DNA of 64,000 nt from Lama glama. Its lineage: Eukaryota. The stretch's first letter is position 1, and each line of letters begins with the position of its first letter. The stretch covers positions 86,058,001-86,122,000 of the forward strand of contig CM052817.1 of assembly GCA_028534125.1 (NCBI GenBank), written 5' to 3'. A model generated the notes under the pieces. The model saw nothing but the letters and a program-made list of their open reading frames with translations, searched no databases and was not told the DNA's origin. The translations under genes and the position numbers were made by a program. This document shows, piece after piece, positions 11,957 through 25,426 of the stretch.

Positions 11957-14900
11957 CTGTGGAGGGAAAATAAGTTTATAAATAAAGCTTTGTCTTCGGG
12001 CCTGAGCCTTGTAAGTAGGGAACAAATCATGAGATGTCTTTTACTTTTAGTCTTAGAATTTCTATTTAAAGCCTTAATATATACATAGTGATTAATCTAA
12101 GTGACACTAAACAGATTAGACCGTCTAAAAAGCTGAGGTGGTGTTTATTATTTTAACCGAGACCTCACGTGGGATATTCAGAAACACATACACATGAAAA
12201 CACATGATTACATCCCCTATAAAATGTATCATTTCAATACTTCAAATATGTCAGGACAAATATTTTTTCTTTGCCATACTTTACATCTCATCATACACTA
12301 TTTTCTAAAATTGTAAAGAATATTTGTGCAACCATAACCAAATTTAGAAATAAAATCTTTGAAATAAGATAATATGGGCAATTTTGTTATGAACAGTTAG
12401 GAAGAAATTATTTAAAACAAATTGTATCAATAAACATTTCTTGCGGAGAGCAAAATTCTATTTTAAAAACACACACAGGACCTTAGAAATATTCTATTCT
12501 CCACACATTTATGTGCTGCAGAGAAACATGTTCTTTATACTTTCTGTTCTATGAGAGGGTCAGTAAAGTTCTAAGGTCACTGCCCTCAATTCCATAATTT
12601 ATTTTTTCATATTATCAAAAGTTGCAGGCATATGGCAAGTATTTTTCTTATTTAATGGAGTGGTGCAAAATAGATTTTCCATAGAATTGTAATTTTAATG
12701 TAACCATCTTGAAGAATTGTATCTTTCATTTAGTGATATTTCAACTTAAATATTTTAAGTATAGAAGAGTAGCAAGCTATATTTTAATAAAAATGTACTA
12801 TCTCCTTTGTGGATATTTCAAAACTCTGACAACAAATTCTGGACTTCAAAATAAAGTTTAATTAAAATATATACAAATATATTAATGATCATTACAAGTT
12901 TAGATTATGACATTATTGACTATGATATTATAATTATATACTGAAGAAAATAATTCAAGTGAACACATTAAAAGTATATTATTTTCTGAAAGTCTTAAAC
13001 TCCTTGTGGGCAGATAAGTAATACTATATAAAACTATTTTCTTAAAGTATAGCCTAGGTTATAAGTATATTATTCATCTACTTAATCTAGTTGTACAGTA
13101 TAGTATTTCCCAGGAGTGAGTAAATTTTGTTTATAATACTTCCATATATTCACCTCCATGTTACTTTCTGATAATATGCAGTGGCTAAAAGTACAAAATA
13201 AGTACCGAGTAAAGAGCCATTTTAACTTACACTGTTCTTTTCATATAAGAAATATTCATGATATACAATATTTTTTTCTTTTTGTAACACTATATAATAT
13301 ATTATCTTTAAAGAAAAATTTACATTATTATTTTAAGACCTTTTAGAATCTCATTTCTGAAGGAAAGGTAACATACACCAATACGCTGAAGTTAGCACAG
13401 ATAACATTATGTATTTGTTGAATATAAGTTCTGTTTAGTAATTAAGAAAATCTCACTTTTTGATCCTTTTAAATGCCAATAATTTCTCTTTTTTTTTTCC
13501 TGTTTTTATTCATTGTCTCTTGCAAGCAGATAAGAAACTTTGTTTTTGTCAACTCTCTGAGTATTCATAAAACTGCAAATTATAGTGAGAAATAAATGTG
13601 TTCTTGGGCAATACTTGTGCAATGAGTCCTTGGGGAAAATCTGTATTATTGATAAAAATAAATATTTAATGATATTAAAATACATTAGTTACTTAAATAA
13701 TATGTTTTTTTACTTTACATAAACAAAGTTTACCTGTAAATATTTATGATATATATGTATTTATCTATATCTATATCTATATATATATATATAAACTTTA
13801 AAACAACGAGCATACTTTTTTTTTCCTTTTAAATGAAATGGCATATTCTTCATGTGCTTTCCATACAAGAACATTTCCAATAGATTAAGTACAACTATGA
13901 TACATCAGATTTAATATTCTTAGAGCCACCTGCCCATATCCACTTCCAGAAATGATGTTTTTTACATGCACATCTAATAGGCACAGAAAGAGATTTAGAG
14001 GCTGCTGCTAGGCTGAGAGGTAAATGGGTGTGCCACACAATTCAAAATTCACCAAATACATAAAAAAATTAAAAGCCAAAAAAATATTATCTGATATTTC
14101 AAAACTAATTCTCTATGCAATGGTATTTATTACATAAGAAATATTTGTTTACTTTCATATGAGCTGCTAAAAGAGTATCTTTAATAAATTATTTTTGTGC
14201 TCCATTTGTATATGTCTTGAATATTTTGAAACTCAGATTTTACCCACATTCTTGTAAAAGAAAATGTGCAATAAAAACTGCATAGCTGATTATCAGAAAA
14301 AAATATAATAAACAAATAAACTAATTTTTAAAAGACAAAAATTTGGGAAATGCTTAAATACACTTTTGCCTTACTTTTATGGGGAAACACTCCCTTATCA
14401 TAGGGATCATGAGTTACAAAGTTAATAATAGTAAAGATTATTATTTTACTGACTTTAACTACAAAAATGCCTTTGAGGAAATGTTTTCTTTCCTGGATCT
14501 TGACCTAATCAGACAATTTTATGTGAGCTAATATATGTGGTCTGATAAGGCTTTCAAGGGAGCCAATTATGTGCTTTCCCACTATCAATATTGCAGTATA
14601 ATAGCCTTTTCTGGGGTCTTTTGTACCTTTTTTGGGTTAATATTGAGTTAAGTTTTGCTCTTTGGGATGAAACATTCCCTCTAAGGCTGTTATTGTTGCT
14701 GAGAACTAACAAGGATTACCAGCAGAACCTCTGTTTTGAAGAAAAAGATACATATTTTTCCCAGAAATGATTGTATTTTATTTCATAATCCATTAAACTG
14801 AGTTTAACTAGCACTAGAGAACTGCAGTAGCTTACTACAGAAAAAATGGAAAACTTCTATCAGATGAAAATTTCTGCAAATCATTACTCTAAGTCTTAAA

Positions 14901-16504
14901 TAGAGATGCTAGCTGATTAGAGAAACCAATACTTTTAAACTTCCTCTGGTTTGTGTATCAGTGTGTCTGATGAAAACAGAACAAATGCCCACCTGAGAAA
15001 ATCTCATCTTCAGTATAATCCTTTAGAATATTCAAAGTCTCAGAAAAACTGCAAAGCTGTTATCCAAGATAAGGCAAGAATGAGCTTTCTGTGCTCACAT
15101 TTCATTCTCAATGGGATCTGGTCCTGGGGCTGAAATGTAGACCTGACCTCTGTCAGAGATGAGATGTGCAAAATCTCTGCATTCATTCACATCTTTTGTG
15201 AATAATAAAGTAATAGAAACTTCTGATTTCATAAAAAATAAGGGAATTCTCCATGTTTATATAATTCTACATTATTTTTCAAATTTGTTTTATTATTATT
15301 TTGTCTTACTAAACATTCTAAGATAATCTAATTTTCAGGAATAATAAAATAAAAATGATTCTTACATGGAAAGTGGTTTCTTTAAAAAATATAAGAATAT
15401 AAGTAATTTCTGAAAAAAGAAACAGTTGCCAGTTAATTCCTTTTTTATGTAAGAAGTTATCAAACAATTTTTGAAAACATACAGTAGCAAATTCCAAATA
15501 ATTGTTAAAAATGTAATGTTAAGAAACTTGGCCTGACAAATAAATACATACAAAACGTTCCTTACACTGTGTAAACTTTTGAAGTTTCTATACCGTTAGA
15601 TTTGCCATCTATAACATGCTTTATGGTACCTCTACATGAAAGAACAAAATATTGACTGTCATGAATCAAAAGTGGAAATGGTTTATATCCATTGTTTAGT
15701 ACAGAGTTAGAGTACTCTGGAGTTTTCCAGATTTGTAAATCCCCAGATTTAACATCTTTGTATTTTGGTAATCATCTAGTAAGAATGATAGTTACATTTT
15801 GAATAGTATTCAAAATATTTGCAAGCCTTTAGTTAAATGAATTTGACTCCTTCCTCCATGAAACTCCTTTCTCAGAACGTGCACTCTCTTCTCTGAAGGC
15901 AAATGTCACTTCATTTATTTACTATTTTCTCTAATCTAGCTTCTGCTCAAGAATATAAAACTGGAGCTTTTGAATAAATAAGGCTGCTAAACTCAGGCAT
16001 TTTATTAAAGACTTCTAGAAATACAGATGAGTAACAGAAACAAGGACCCTTTCCTTGGTTAGAAACTAATTCTGAACTTATTTTTCTACAGTCTGTCAAA
16101 AGTGCACAGAATTAGACTGCCTGGGTGCTAGCTGAAAGAAGCTATTTAATTATTACATAACTTATGGGAAATAAATTGATTATAATAATATTGGTCTTAA
16201 CATTTGAAAGTAATAATGACATGTGTATTAAAGGAATGACATGAAAACTAAGTAAAATAATCCAAAAATAAGCTTATGTACAGTGCCTAGAACATTCTAG
16301 ATATCAATAAGTTATCATTCATATAATCATCACCAGTATCTTCATTATTACTACATTTCTTCCATATCAGCCATATGTTACAGTTATATTAAAATTGTCC
16401 TATTTAGAAATTCTCAATTCCAAATTAAACGTCCAGTATCTGGTGAAAAATCATTCTAATGATCACATTTGAAAATATATTCCTGTGTCTGAGATACTTA
16501 CAGC

Positions 16505-16556
16505 CAAAACAAAAACAAAAACAAAAACAAAAACAAAAACAAAACAAACAAAAAAC
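16505..16556. repeat. (CAAAAA)n simple repeat
   Basis: About 6 perfect units followed by a degenerate tail. Confidence 0.9.
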
Positions 16557-16714
16557 CCTTTCTTTACTAGTCTGAGCTCTTGCCTTCAATCAAAAGCTGG
16601 ATAATGAAGGTAAGAATGCCTCAAACTAGTAGCAAATAGTGGGACAGCAACTACCCTTCACTGATTAGAGTCTGTCACATAGTTGTACTTAACAAAAAAT
16701 ATCACATACATTTT

Positions 16715-19700
16715 GCTTCTTGGTGGAGTGAAATATCTGGCCACAGATGAATGCTCCTACTTGGAAAAACTAGAAAAGACAGATAACATAGAGGAATCAT
16801 CTATTCAAACACAGCAGAGAACTACTTAACATGATCTGATGTGGCTAAGCTTTGGGAGAAGGAAGAAACTCAGAGAAAGAAGTTGACTTTCTGGAGCACC
16901 TTTTACTTTCCAGGCATATTTGCCATGTCCGAACACAGTCAAGTGACTGATGATTCTCTGCAAAGCAAACTACAAAATAGGCAGAGGGCTGTTGAGAAGG
17001 ACAAAGGTATATACAGAGCTTTTGATGGAGCCCTGAGTGTCTCAAGCACACGATCATTTTCCCCTCAGAATGTTTGACGTATATGGGGGCTACATAGGGT
17101 GGGAGGAAAAATCTACAGAAAAAGCTTCTGAGAAGCAGAGAAAAAAAATTGAGTCACAATAAAATGCTATTAGGGTCCTAGTGAATATACCAGGCTTATT
17201 GTGGAAAATGCTGGGATCCAGGGTGAAAAGGAGGCAGAATTAGCCTTAATGGGGGCTTTTATCCAGTTTTTTTTATCCAGCACAGCCTGTCTGATTGGGT
17301 TGTGTTGACCATCTGTTATTGTACCCAAGAAAAGGGCATGATGAGCTCTCCAGGTGACTACGTTTTAGAAAATGCATGCCTGGCAATGGATAGAATAGTT
17401 ATATGAACAGCAAAAGACAGTATATCCAATAATCAAGAAAAATTTTGAGAACAGACCCACAGATAATCTAGATATTGGAATTATCTGAAGAAGGATTTAA
17501 AAATCTCTGTATATTAGTACAAGAAAGTAAAAACAAAGCTAGAAAAAAATAGAAGAATGAAGAATTTCAATAAAAGATTACAACTTTAAAAAATTAGTCA
17601 AATAGTAATGAAATGACAATGATTTTGTATATATATAGAGAGGTTATATGTTAAATCTCATATGTATACATATATAAGTTATATATATATATGTAGTAAG
17701 TCTCATAAGCATGTTTTAATAGGAGATGACAAACAATACAAGACAGTACTGGTGAATGAGAAAGTATGTTGACAGAAAATTACCAAATTGAAATGCACAA
17801 AGAGAATAGGATTTTAAAAATTAAAAAATGGTAGACACTAATGGGAAAAGGACTAAGATATGTGTATTTGGTGGCCTGGAAAGAAAAAAGGGAGAGAATG
17901 TTGCAAAAGTAATAAACAAATGATGGCTAAGAAATTTCCAAAATTTATTAGTAATCCATTCACAGACCCAGTAAGTTCTGTGAAAGCCAAAGAAAAAGCA
18001 TAAAGGTAAAAAACATGAGGTGTTCCTTAATATGCCTTTGATTTGTTAAAAAAAAATTAACAAAGACAAAGTTTTAAAACTAAATTGGAGGACAGAGTGA
18101 GGGAGAGCAGAGGAGAAATGAAGATATGCTGACTTAAAAGGACTCACAAATAGACTGAGGTCTAATTTTTAAACAAAAGAAAAGAAGTTTAAATTTATAA
18201 ATTGTTTAAAAGAACTAAATTGAAGAGAAAATTTAAAAACTTTCAAATAAGACAAGCAATTAAACGTTTTCAGTAAAATTTACTAAAAGGATTTCTTCAT
18301 GTAGAAGAAAAATAATTATTTCAGAAAATACACATTTTCATTTAAACAATTATTTCAGAAAATACACAATTTCATTTAAACAAAAAGCAATGGAAAGAGT
18401 AACTATCTTGATAGAGACAAATGAACAGTTATAAAATTCTGTATTAATACTAGTACTATCTCTTTTAAGCAGTTTTACTGACATATAACACTGTATGAGT
18501 TTAAGGTGTACAACATAATGATTTGACTTAACATATGTTATGAAATGATTTCAGTGAACACTGCTTATCTCATGTAGATCCAAAATTAAAGAAACAGGAA
18601 AAAATTCTTTGTGATAAAAACTCTTATGATTTACTCTCTTAACTTCCATATATAACACACAGCAGTGTTAGTTATATTTACCATGTTGTCCATTACATCC
18701 CTAGTACATATTTATCTTAAAACTGGAATGATGTACCTTCTGACTACCTTCATCCAATTCCCCCTTCCCCAACCCCTGCCTCTGGCAATTATCTTTTTCT
18801 ATGAGTTTGTTTGTTTGCTTTTGGAATATAATTTACCCACCTATATTACCTACATAACACAGAGTTGTAGTTGCAACTGGAATTTTGTACCTCTTAATCT
18901 CTCTCACATGTATCTTTTCTCTCCCTACAGCCTCCCCTCTGGCAATCACCTGTTTGTTCTCTGTATCTATGACTCTGTTTCTGTTTTGTTATGTTTGCTC
19001 ATTGATTTTGCTTTTCAGATTCCACACATAAGCAAAATTATACAGTATTTGTCTTTGATTTACTTCACTTAACGTAATACTCTCTAGATCTTTACATGTT
19101 GCTTCAAATGCAAGATGTCATTATTTTTTCAGGGCTGAGTTATATATATTTATGTATAAATATATATAAAATGTTTTCTTTATCCATCTATTGATGGGCA
19201 CTTAAGTTGCTTCCATATTATAAATTGGCTGTTATAAATATAATACTGCAATGAACATAGGGGTGCACATATCTTTTCTAATTAGTGTAGTTCTATTTTT
19301 AAATTTTTGAGGAATTTCTATACTGTTTTCCATAGTTGCTGTACCAATTTACATTTCCATCAACAATGTAGGAGGGTTCCCTTTTATCCACATCCTAGCA
19401 AACACTTGTTATTTGTTGTCTTTTCGATAATAGCCATTCTGATAGGTGTGAAGTTTTGTCTCACTGTGGTTGTGAATTGCATCTCCCTGATGATTAGTAA
19501 TGTTGAGCATCTTTTCATGTGTCTTTTGGCTTCCTGTGGAGAATGTCCATCCAGATCCTCTATTCATTTTTTTTCAATCTGTCCATTTTTTAATATTTTT
19601 AATGTTGATTTTTTATGAGTTCTTTGTATACTTTGGATATTAACCCCTTATTGGATACATCATTTGCAAGGTTCTTTTCCCATTCAGTAGGCAGCCTTTT

Positions 19701-21040
19701 TGTTTTGTTGAGTTTCCTTCAGGGTACAAAAGCTTTTTAGTTTGATATAGTCCTATTTGTTTATTTTTTTCTTTGTTCCTCTTGCCTAAGGAGACATACC
19801 TAAAAAAATAGCACTAAGACCAACGTTAAAGAACCTACTGCCTATGTTTTCTTCTTGAAGTTTTACAGTTTCAGGTCTTACATTCAAGTCTCTAATCTAT
19901 TTCAAAATTATTTTTGTGTATAGTGCGAGAATGTAGTCCAGTTTAACTATTTTGCATGTAGCTGTCCAGTTTTCTATATTGATACTAGTATTGTCTTTTA
20001 AGGATTTATATAAATATATATATATATATGTATGTATGTTATATATATACACACTTATATATGTATGTATATGTGTATATATGTATATGTAATATGCAAG
20101 ACAAAAATAAAGCAGAAGATAGAAAATAGATGGGAGATAAATATACTGGATGTATTATTACATCTAATATTTTAACATCATTGAGGAAGAGGTTATATCA
20201 ATTTGAATTAAAATTGAATGAGTCAAGGACACATGTCATCTCTAGGATTACTAAAGCATAGAGAAAGAATTTAGAAGAACATAGAGGGAATAAGTTAAAA
20301 TAAAAACAAAAATAATCAAAAAGTACAAAAAATAGAGCATATGGGACAAAAAATAAGTAAGTTTAATAGAAAAAATAAAGCAGTAGTGTGGTATAAATAA
20401 AGTTGAATATATAATAATTAAATAATAATACATTTAAATTTTTAATTAAATGGCAAAGACTATAAAACTTAAAAAATAAATACAAAATAAAAATATTAAC
20501 TGAATATTATTTACAACAGACACATCTTAAATACAGACTCAAATAAAAGTCTATAAAAACATAGCATAAAATAGTAATTAAAAGAAAGCTGATATTTCCA
20601 ATACAAGACAAAGTAACCCATGAGACACAAAGCACTAGGTGATTATATATAGTTCACAACAATATAAGGTTAAATACACTGGAAAATTAATATTATTTGG
20701 CACAAGTAGATTTAAAATTTCAGTATCTTTCTAGTTAAGGCAATGGTTACAAAGAAATGTGTGGCATTAAATTGAAATATTAGTAAAAAAGAAAAGCTAA
20801 AAATAAATTATCTACTCTTCTATTTGATAAAGTAGAGAAAATAGTAAATCAAATTCAAAGTAATGAGAATGAAAAAAATAATAGAGACAAAAGATGAGAA
20901 AAGACTAAAACAAAGAAAATCAGCAGAGCCAATTCCTTTAAAACTATTAACAAAATTTCTATACTCACAGCAAGGCTTACTTAGAAAAACAAAGACAAAA
21001 ACAAATGACTAAACTATGTAATGAAAACAGAAACTAGAAA
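16715..21040 (+). mobile_element. Ancient LINE-1 5' part (5' UTR, ORF1, start of ORF2; L1M4/L1ME-like), split by a younger L1 at 18463-19974
   Basis: A-rich sense strand with ORF1-region motifs gaacagacccacagataatctagatattggaattatc and tgatggctaagaaatttccaaaattta. Degraded ORF2-start-like sequence at 20400-21040. Confidence 0.65.
18463..19974 (-). mobile_element. Laurasiatherian L1MA9-derived LINE-1 3' fragment (1.5 kb)
   Basis: 3' UTR with an internally repeated segment (ctctggcaat at ~18780 and ~18940) and antisense ORF2 end (ORF-track 19307-19618). Degenerate flanking direct repeat at 18440-18462 / 19975-19997. Confidence 0.85.
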
Positions 21041-21044
21041 CTAT

Positions 21045-21330
21045 CCTGACACTATTGGTTGGGCCTCAGTGGTAGAAGCTGGCCTGGTAGACAGCTAGGC
21101 TTTTGTGTTCTGTTTAAGATAAACATTTTCACAGAACACTGATGTCAGACAACGCCAGTCTGTGGTCATGAAGATCAAGTGAAATAGATTGTTTAATAAT
21201 TAATGCTGAACACAGATGAAATCATGAACACTCTAACCGTGTGCTCCTGTATGTTGGTTAATATGAATGACAGTTGCTACATTTTCAATTGTGGCTATAA
21301 CCATGCTTCATTAGCCTTAGATGCTCTGTC
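21045..21330 (+). mobile_element. ERV1-like LTR fragment (family uncertain)
   Basis: acagaacactgatgtcagacaacgccagtctgtggtcatgaagatcaag...tgaacacagatgaaatcatgaaca resembles an old ERV1 LTR. Confidence 0.5.
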
Positions 21331-22944
21331 ATCATAATCCTCAAGTTGCTAAAAACCCTGAAATAATTCATTGCCACAGAAAGGTGGTTATGTTTACAAG
21401 GATCCATCTATCACTCAGGATAATGTATAATAAAAAAATGTCTTGTGATTTTTACTACTCAAAAATAAAACTGTTCTTCCAAAGACACTTTATAGTATGT
21501 TTTAATGTCTCTAAAAAAATATTTCCTTGGTTTATTTTTGTAAAGCAGAATGATTAGGTTCATTGCACTATCTGGTGTTTTAGATGCTGTTGTACCTGTT
21601 TCTGCTAAAGATGCTGATAAACTTAATCTTTTTGACATGGATTCTCCAGTTTAAATGCAGCTCTAATAACACCTGTTCCTTACCAAGTTGCTAGCAATAA
21701 CACGGAGAGTAATTAAATTAAAAATGTGGTTTTCTTATTTGAAAGTCAACACAGTAGTGTAATATTTGGCATCACTGGTATTTTAGTGCTAGGGAGAGGA
21801 GCTCTTAGGTGCAGTTACTTTAAATGATTTATCTCTATGTGCCCATTTGAGATTCTGATATGACTTGGACAGCAGGACTGATAATATAAGACATTAAAGC
21901 ATCTGGAAGGAGACCAAACTGTGAGTAAAGGAAATTGCCTATTCTTATGGATGATGTTTTATGCTATTTTTTTTAATATAAGTAAAGCACTCAAGAGACA
22001 CTGACGTGGTCCTAAAATATTTTTAAAGTATAGATTAATCTATAAAATACCACTTCTGGATTAAAAATCCTAAGCCAAACAAAACTACACTTTAGGTTTC
22101 CATTTTTAACCGGTGATAGAAGAGAGACTTTTAAAATAATGGACACAAATAAAACTGTGCTTTTAAGTACTTATCCTCTCAAGCTTGCAACACATATCAT
22201 CATCTCCAGGAAGAGGAAAAGGCCATTTTAAACCAAGGATGAGTCACTCACTCAGCATTCCCTCCACTGTTATAAGCCTGGAGATAAAAAACAATATTCA
22301 TTTTTCCTTAAGATTTGTGTTAACCATAGGCAATTGCACATTCTTTCCATAACCAAGATGAAGAAAAACGGGTACTGTTGTTAGCAGACTAAATCAAAGA
22401 ACACTTTGGAATTCTAATTATTTTCTATTGAAAGTAATTTTTTTCTTATATTACATTTATCAGTAAGTATATATTTTATAAGCACTAAATACAAGAAAAA
22501 TAAAGCACTATTAGTTACATAGTTTTGCTTTTGTCTCTAATTGAAAATGTTTGAGAATAGTCACTGGGAATGAATTTTTTTGTGTATTTGTGTGTGCGTG
22601 TGCATATACACGTACAAACGTAAATATTTAATCAAAAGTGTAGTATTTGATCAAAAGTCATCCAAAAGTCTGTGGCAACTTCTATATGCTTCAGTTGTGT
22701 TATTCCTTTGCTTTTCCTGACAGTTTTATTTTACATTTTTCCTAGCTTTAATTAAGTTTTCTCCTTAGACCTGAAAGAAAACAAAAAAATTGCAGGCTCA
22801 GTAAATTTTCTCAGAGTGTATACAATTTGATCAGTTACTGCCTAGTGTGTCTCTACTGATAATAAATGTCTCAATGTTTTTAAAGCAATTTTGCCTCATC
22901 AGTAATTAGTAGGTCAAAAATATGCATTAAATGCTCTGGTGCTA

Positions 22945-23205
22945 TGATTTCCAAACTTCTTGAGACTGTAAGAATTTTCTGAAACACAAAAAATGCAGGC
23001 TCAATGCATTCGCAATAGACAATTAAGCAGACCTTAAAATGGCAAAACCCTGGTAATCTGTATTTTAAACATAGTTCTCAGCATAACCTAGGAGTTTGAT
23101 AGAAATGCAGACTCTCAGAGCCACACTCTGCACTTACTAACTCAAAACCTGCATATTAACAAGCTATCAGTATAAACCACACATACATTAAAGACTGAGA
23201 AATAT
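22945..23205. mobile_element. MER5A/MER5A1-like hAT fragments
   Basis: tagaaatgcagactctcag, ctggtaatctgtattttaaac, acctgcatattaacaag, cattaaagactgagaa. Confidence 0.6.
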
Positions 23206-23747
23206 TCTCTATCACATCCTTTCACTAATATTAGATAAATAAAACCTTCTAATTAGTTCCATGCCCAAGAGGCTTTCATTGTCTTTCTACTTTATGTGAC
23301 ATAATACCATACAAAACAAGTTCTGTCTTCTCAGTTTACAGATCAGAAAACTAAGACCTAGACATAGAATTTTGATAATTAAATGGCCTTGATATCTAGT
23401 CCCCTACTCTCAGTTTCTTCAAAGTTTTTCGTGCTTTGCAACGTTCTCTGTCTGTAGTCTAATATTCAAAGACCTACACAAATGACCGCCATTTCCAAAA
23501 TACTTTCACTATTTCATGACAAGACTCCCATGTGTTTATCCATTAAGGCACCGATTCACTCAGGTAAAATACTAAACTCCTTCCAATAGTCAATTATATC
23601 ACTCATCTTTCAAAACTAGTATCACACTTATAAGTTTATGATTATTAAGGTCTTAGGCACTGAGGAACACAACCCCATCAATACACATCAAATGAAATCC
23701 TGTAAACCACTCAAAGTGTTATTCAATTAGAACTGTCTTTCCATTCC

Positions 23748-24212
23748 ATTACTCAGTCATAAAAAAGAATGAAATAATGCCATCAGTAGCAACATGGATG
23801 GACCTAGAGATTATCATATTAAGTGAAGTAAGTCAGATAGAGAAAGACAAATATTATATGATGTCGCTCACATGTGGAATTAAAACAAAATACAAATTAT
23901 ATTTACAAACTAGAAATAGATTTCATGGACATAGAAAACAAATTGTGGTTACCAGGGAGAAGATGGCAGGGGCAGGGATAAATTAGGAGTTTGGATTTAA
24001 CAGATACATATCACTATATATAAACTAGATAAACAACAAGGACCTACTATATAACACAGGGAACTTTATTCAATTTCTTATACTAAGCCATAATGGAAAA
24101 AAACCTGAAAACATATATATGCATGTACGTGTGTGTATATATATATATCTGAATTGTTTTGTTATACACTTGAAACTAACATTGTAAATTGACTGCACTT
24201 CAATAAAAAATA
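23748..24212 (+). mobile_element. 5'-truncated cetartiodactyl-type LINE-1 3' end
   Basis: ORF2 C-terminus MPSVATWMDLEIIILSEVSQIEKDKYYMMSLTCGI, then 3' UTR ending cttcaataaaaaa. Confidence 0.9.
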
Positions 24213-24307
24213 AGAATTAGAAAAGAAATAGTTTATTTCTAGTGCATTCTCCAACCATTGAGCCAGAAAGGGATTCCTGCCTCCCTGAATCTCCTTTGGC
24301 AACACTT

Positions 24308-24740
24308 GTATTCATTTTCTATCCCTGCTGTAACAAATAATCACCAGTTCTGAGGCTTGAAACTGAACACATTTTTTTTCCTCTCCCTGTACAAAAGATC
24401 AAAAGTCTAAAATTAAGGACCTGGGTTCCTTCTGGAAGATTCCAAGGGTGTTTCCTTGCCTTTTCCAGCTCCCAGGGGTAGTCTGCATTCCTGGCTCGTG
24501 GCCCCTTTCTGGCATCATCCCAGCCTCTTTATTCTGTTGTGGCATCTCTTACTGTTGACTGATCCTTCTGTCTCCCTCTGATAAAGACCCTTGTGATTAC
24601 ATTGGGCCCATCTGGATAATCTCCTCATCTCAAGATTCTTAATTTAAATCACATTTGCAAGGTTCCTTTTGCCATAAAGGGTAACAAGCATTATTCACAG
24701 GTCACAGGGATTAGGACATGCCATTAGTCAGCCTACCACA
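24308..24740 (-). mobile_element. MLT1D-like MaLR solo LTR
   Basis: tgtatt...gctgtaacaaat to gcctaccaca, with gacccttgtgattacattgggccca and aatcacatttgcaagg. Confidence 0.85.
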
Positions 24741-25370
24741 ATGCTGTATACGTGTCATAAAATTTACCACAAATGCCATATTAGAAATAGCTGTTGACTA
24801 TTAGGAAGACGGGAAAGAGAGGGTGGAAACAGAGTAGCACACAAATACAGACAACACTGGAAAATCAAATTCAGTATCAATGAAGGGAATTTTACTGTAA
24901 GTGGGTAGTCTTTGATGGTTAAACATTAATTACGAGTTTTGGTTTTATAAAGCATGGATTTCCTGTTAGGTTTACATACCTCTAATAGGAATGACTTATT
25001 TTTTTATGCTCTATATCATTTTATTCTTCTGGAAAATAAAAAGTAGTAGCACCACTCCCTAATTTTTTTTAGTGGTCAAATTGCTTACTGATCCAATATT
25101 TCATACCAAAATGAAGCTATGCTGTTGACTGCCTCCTAGTCATAGTAATTGGTTGATGGTAAGACCCATGATCCAAACCTGACTGATCATAATTTTCTTG
25201 AACAGTAGCCCAAAGAATGAGACATTTCATTTCTGGTGGCTAAGATCCAAGTTAATGAGATCCAAACTGTTAGCATCCTTCAGCCCAGTCTTGTGAGAAA
25301 AGCCAGGGCAAGTGAGATGGCCTATTCTGTGCTTCTCTTTTCTGGCTCATTTTGAAGGAAAACACTTGCT

Positions 25371-25426
25371 TCTGTCTGTCTGTCTATCTATCTATCTATC
25401 ATTATTATCTATCTATCATCTAATCT
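25371..25426. repeat. (TCTG)/(TCTA)n microsatellite
   Basis: Seen directly. Confidence 0.85.
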
